Shown one piece after another: positions 63,618-63,688 of a DNA stretch of 63,688 nucleotides. The first letter of the stretch is position 1. Each line of letters begins with the position of its first letter. The notes beneath the pieces were generated by a model. It searched no databases, was not told where the DNA came from, and worked only from the letters and a program-made list of their open reading frames with translations. Source of the stretch: a virus (Duplodnaviria > Caudoviricetes). The DNA lies in IMG/VR virus record IMGVR_UViG_3300027851_000027, positions 1 to 63,688 of that record; one strand, written 5' to 3'. Both the position numbers and the translations under genes were made by a program.

Positions 63618-63688
63618 TGCAGCCTTTCTGTGATGGCGTTGAGGCGGTCGATGATTTGTGCGGTCGTGGCCGTGGCCGGCAGCGGTGC
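63614..63688 (-). CDS. 3' part of small tail-associated gene (truncated by window end)
   Basis: Matches 2194..2268. Confidence 0.7.
   Translation of the reverse strand, partial: APLPATATTAQIIDRLNAITERLQ

Larger units (their letters stand above)
61402..63688. repeat. Right copy of imperfect terminal repeat
   Basis: Colinear with 1..2268. Confidence 0.97.

Overview
The window is essentially one complete, circularly permuted genome (unit length about 61.4 kb) of a GC-rich temperate podovirus-type phage with F116/933W/Bcep22-like architecture. The host is probably a betaproteobacterium (inference). It is not an integrated prophage: an intact attP (21-bp tRNA 3'-end core plus arm repeats) sits internally beside the integrase, and no host genes are present. 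Layout: the cI/cro switch with CACC-N4-RGTG operators lies at 33.2-35.0 kb. The PL arm (+) carries a PagP-like barrel, an annealing protein/YqaJ pair, small ORFs and xis. The PR arm (-) carries replication genes, RusA, an SNF2-amino-MTase, NinB, a C5-MTase and Q. A late promoter is followed by about 1 kb of densely structured non-coding RNA with an embedded tRNA-Trp, then terminase, portal, capsid, tail, lysis and ejection genes ending in a 3052-aa polyvalent protein. Most notable observations: (1) an antisense HNH gene inserted in the C5-MTase 3' end, carrying an almost maximally synonymously recoded replacement of motif X while the old tail is left orphaned; (2) a nested alternative-frame beta-subunit gene (M.EcoHK31I-like) and a multi-TRD array in the same MTase; (3) the 1-kb structured late leader; (4) two diverged alleles of the tail-fibre/holin module at the two ends; (5) an SGNH esterase grafted on a duplicated virion-protein N-terminus. 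All family assignments are from motif recognition by eye; no searches were run.
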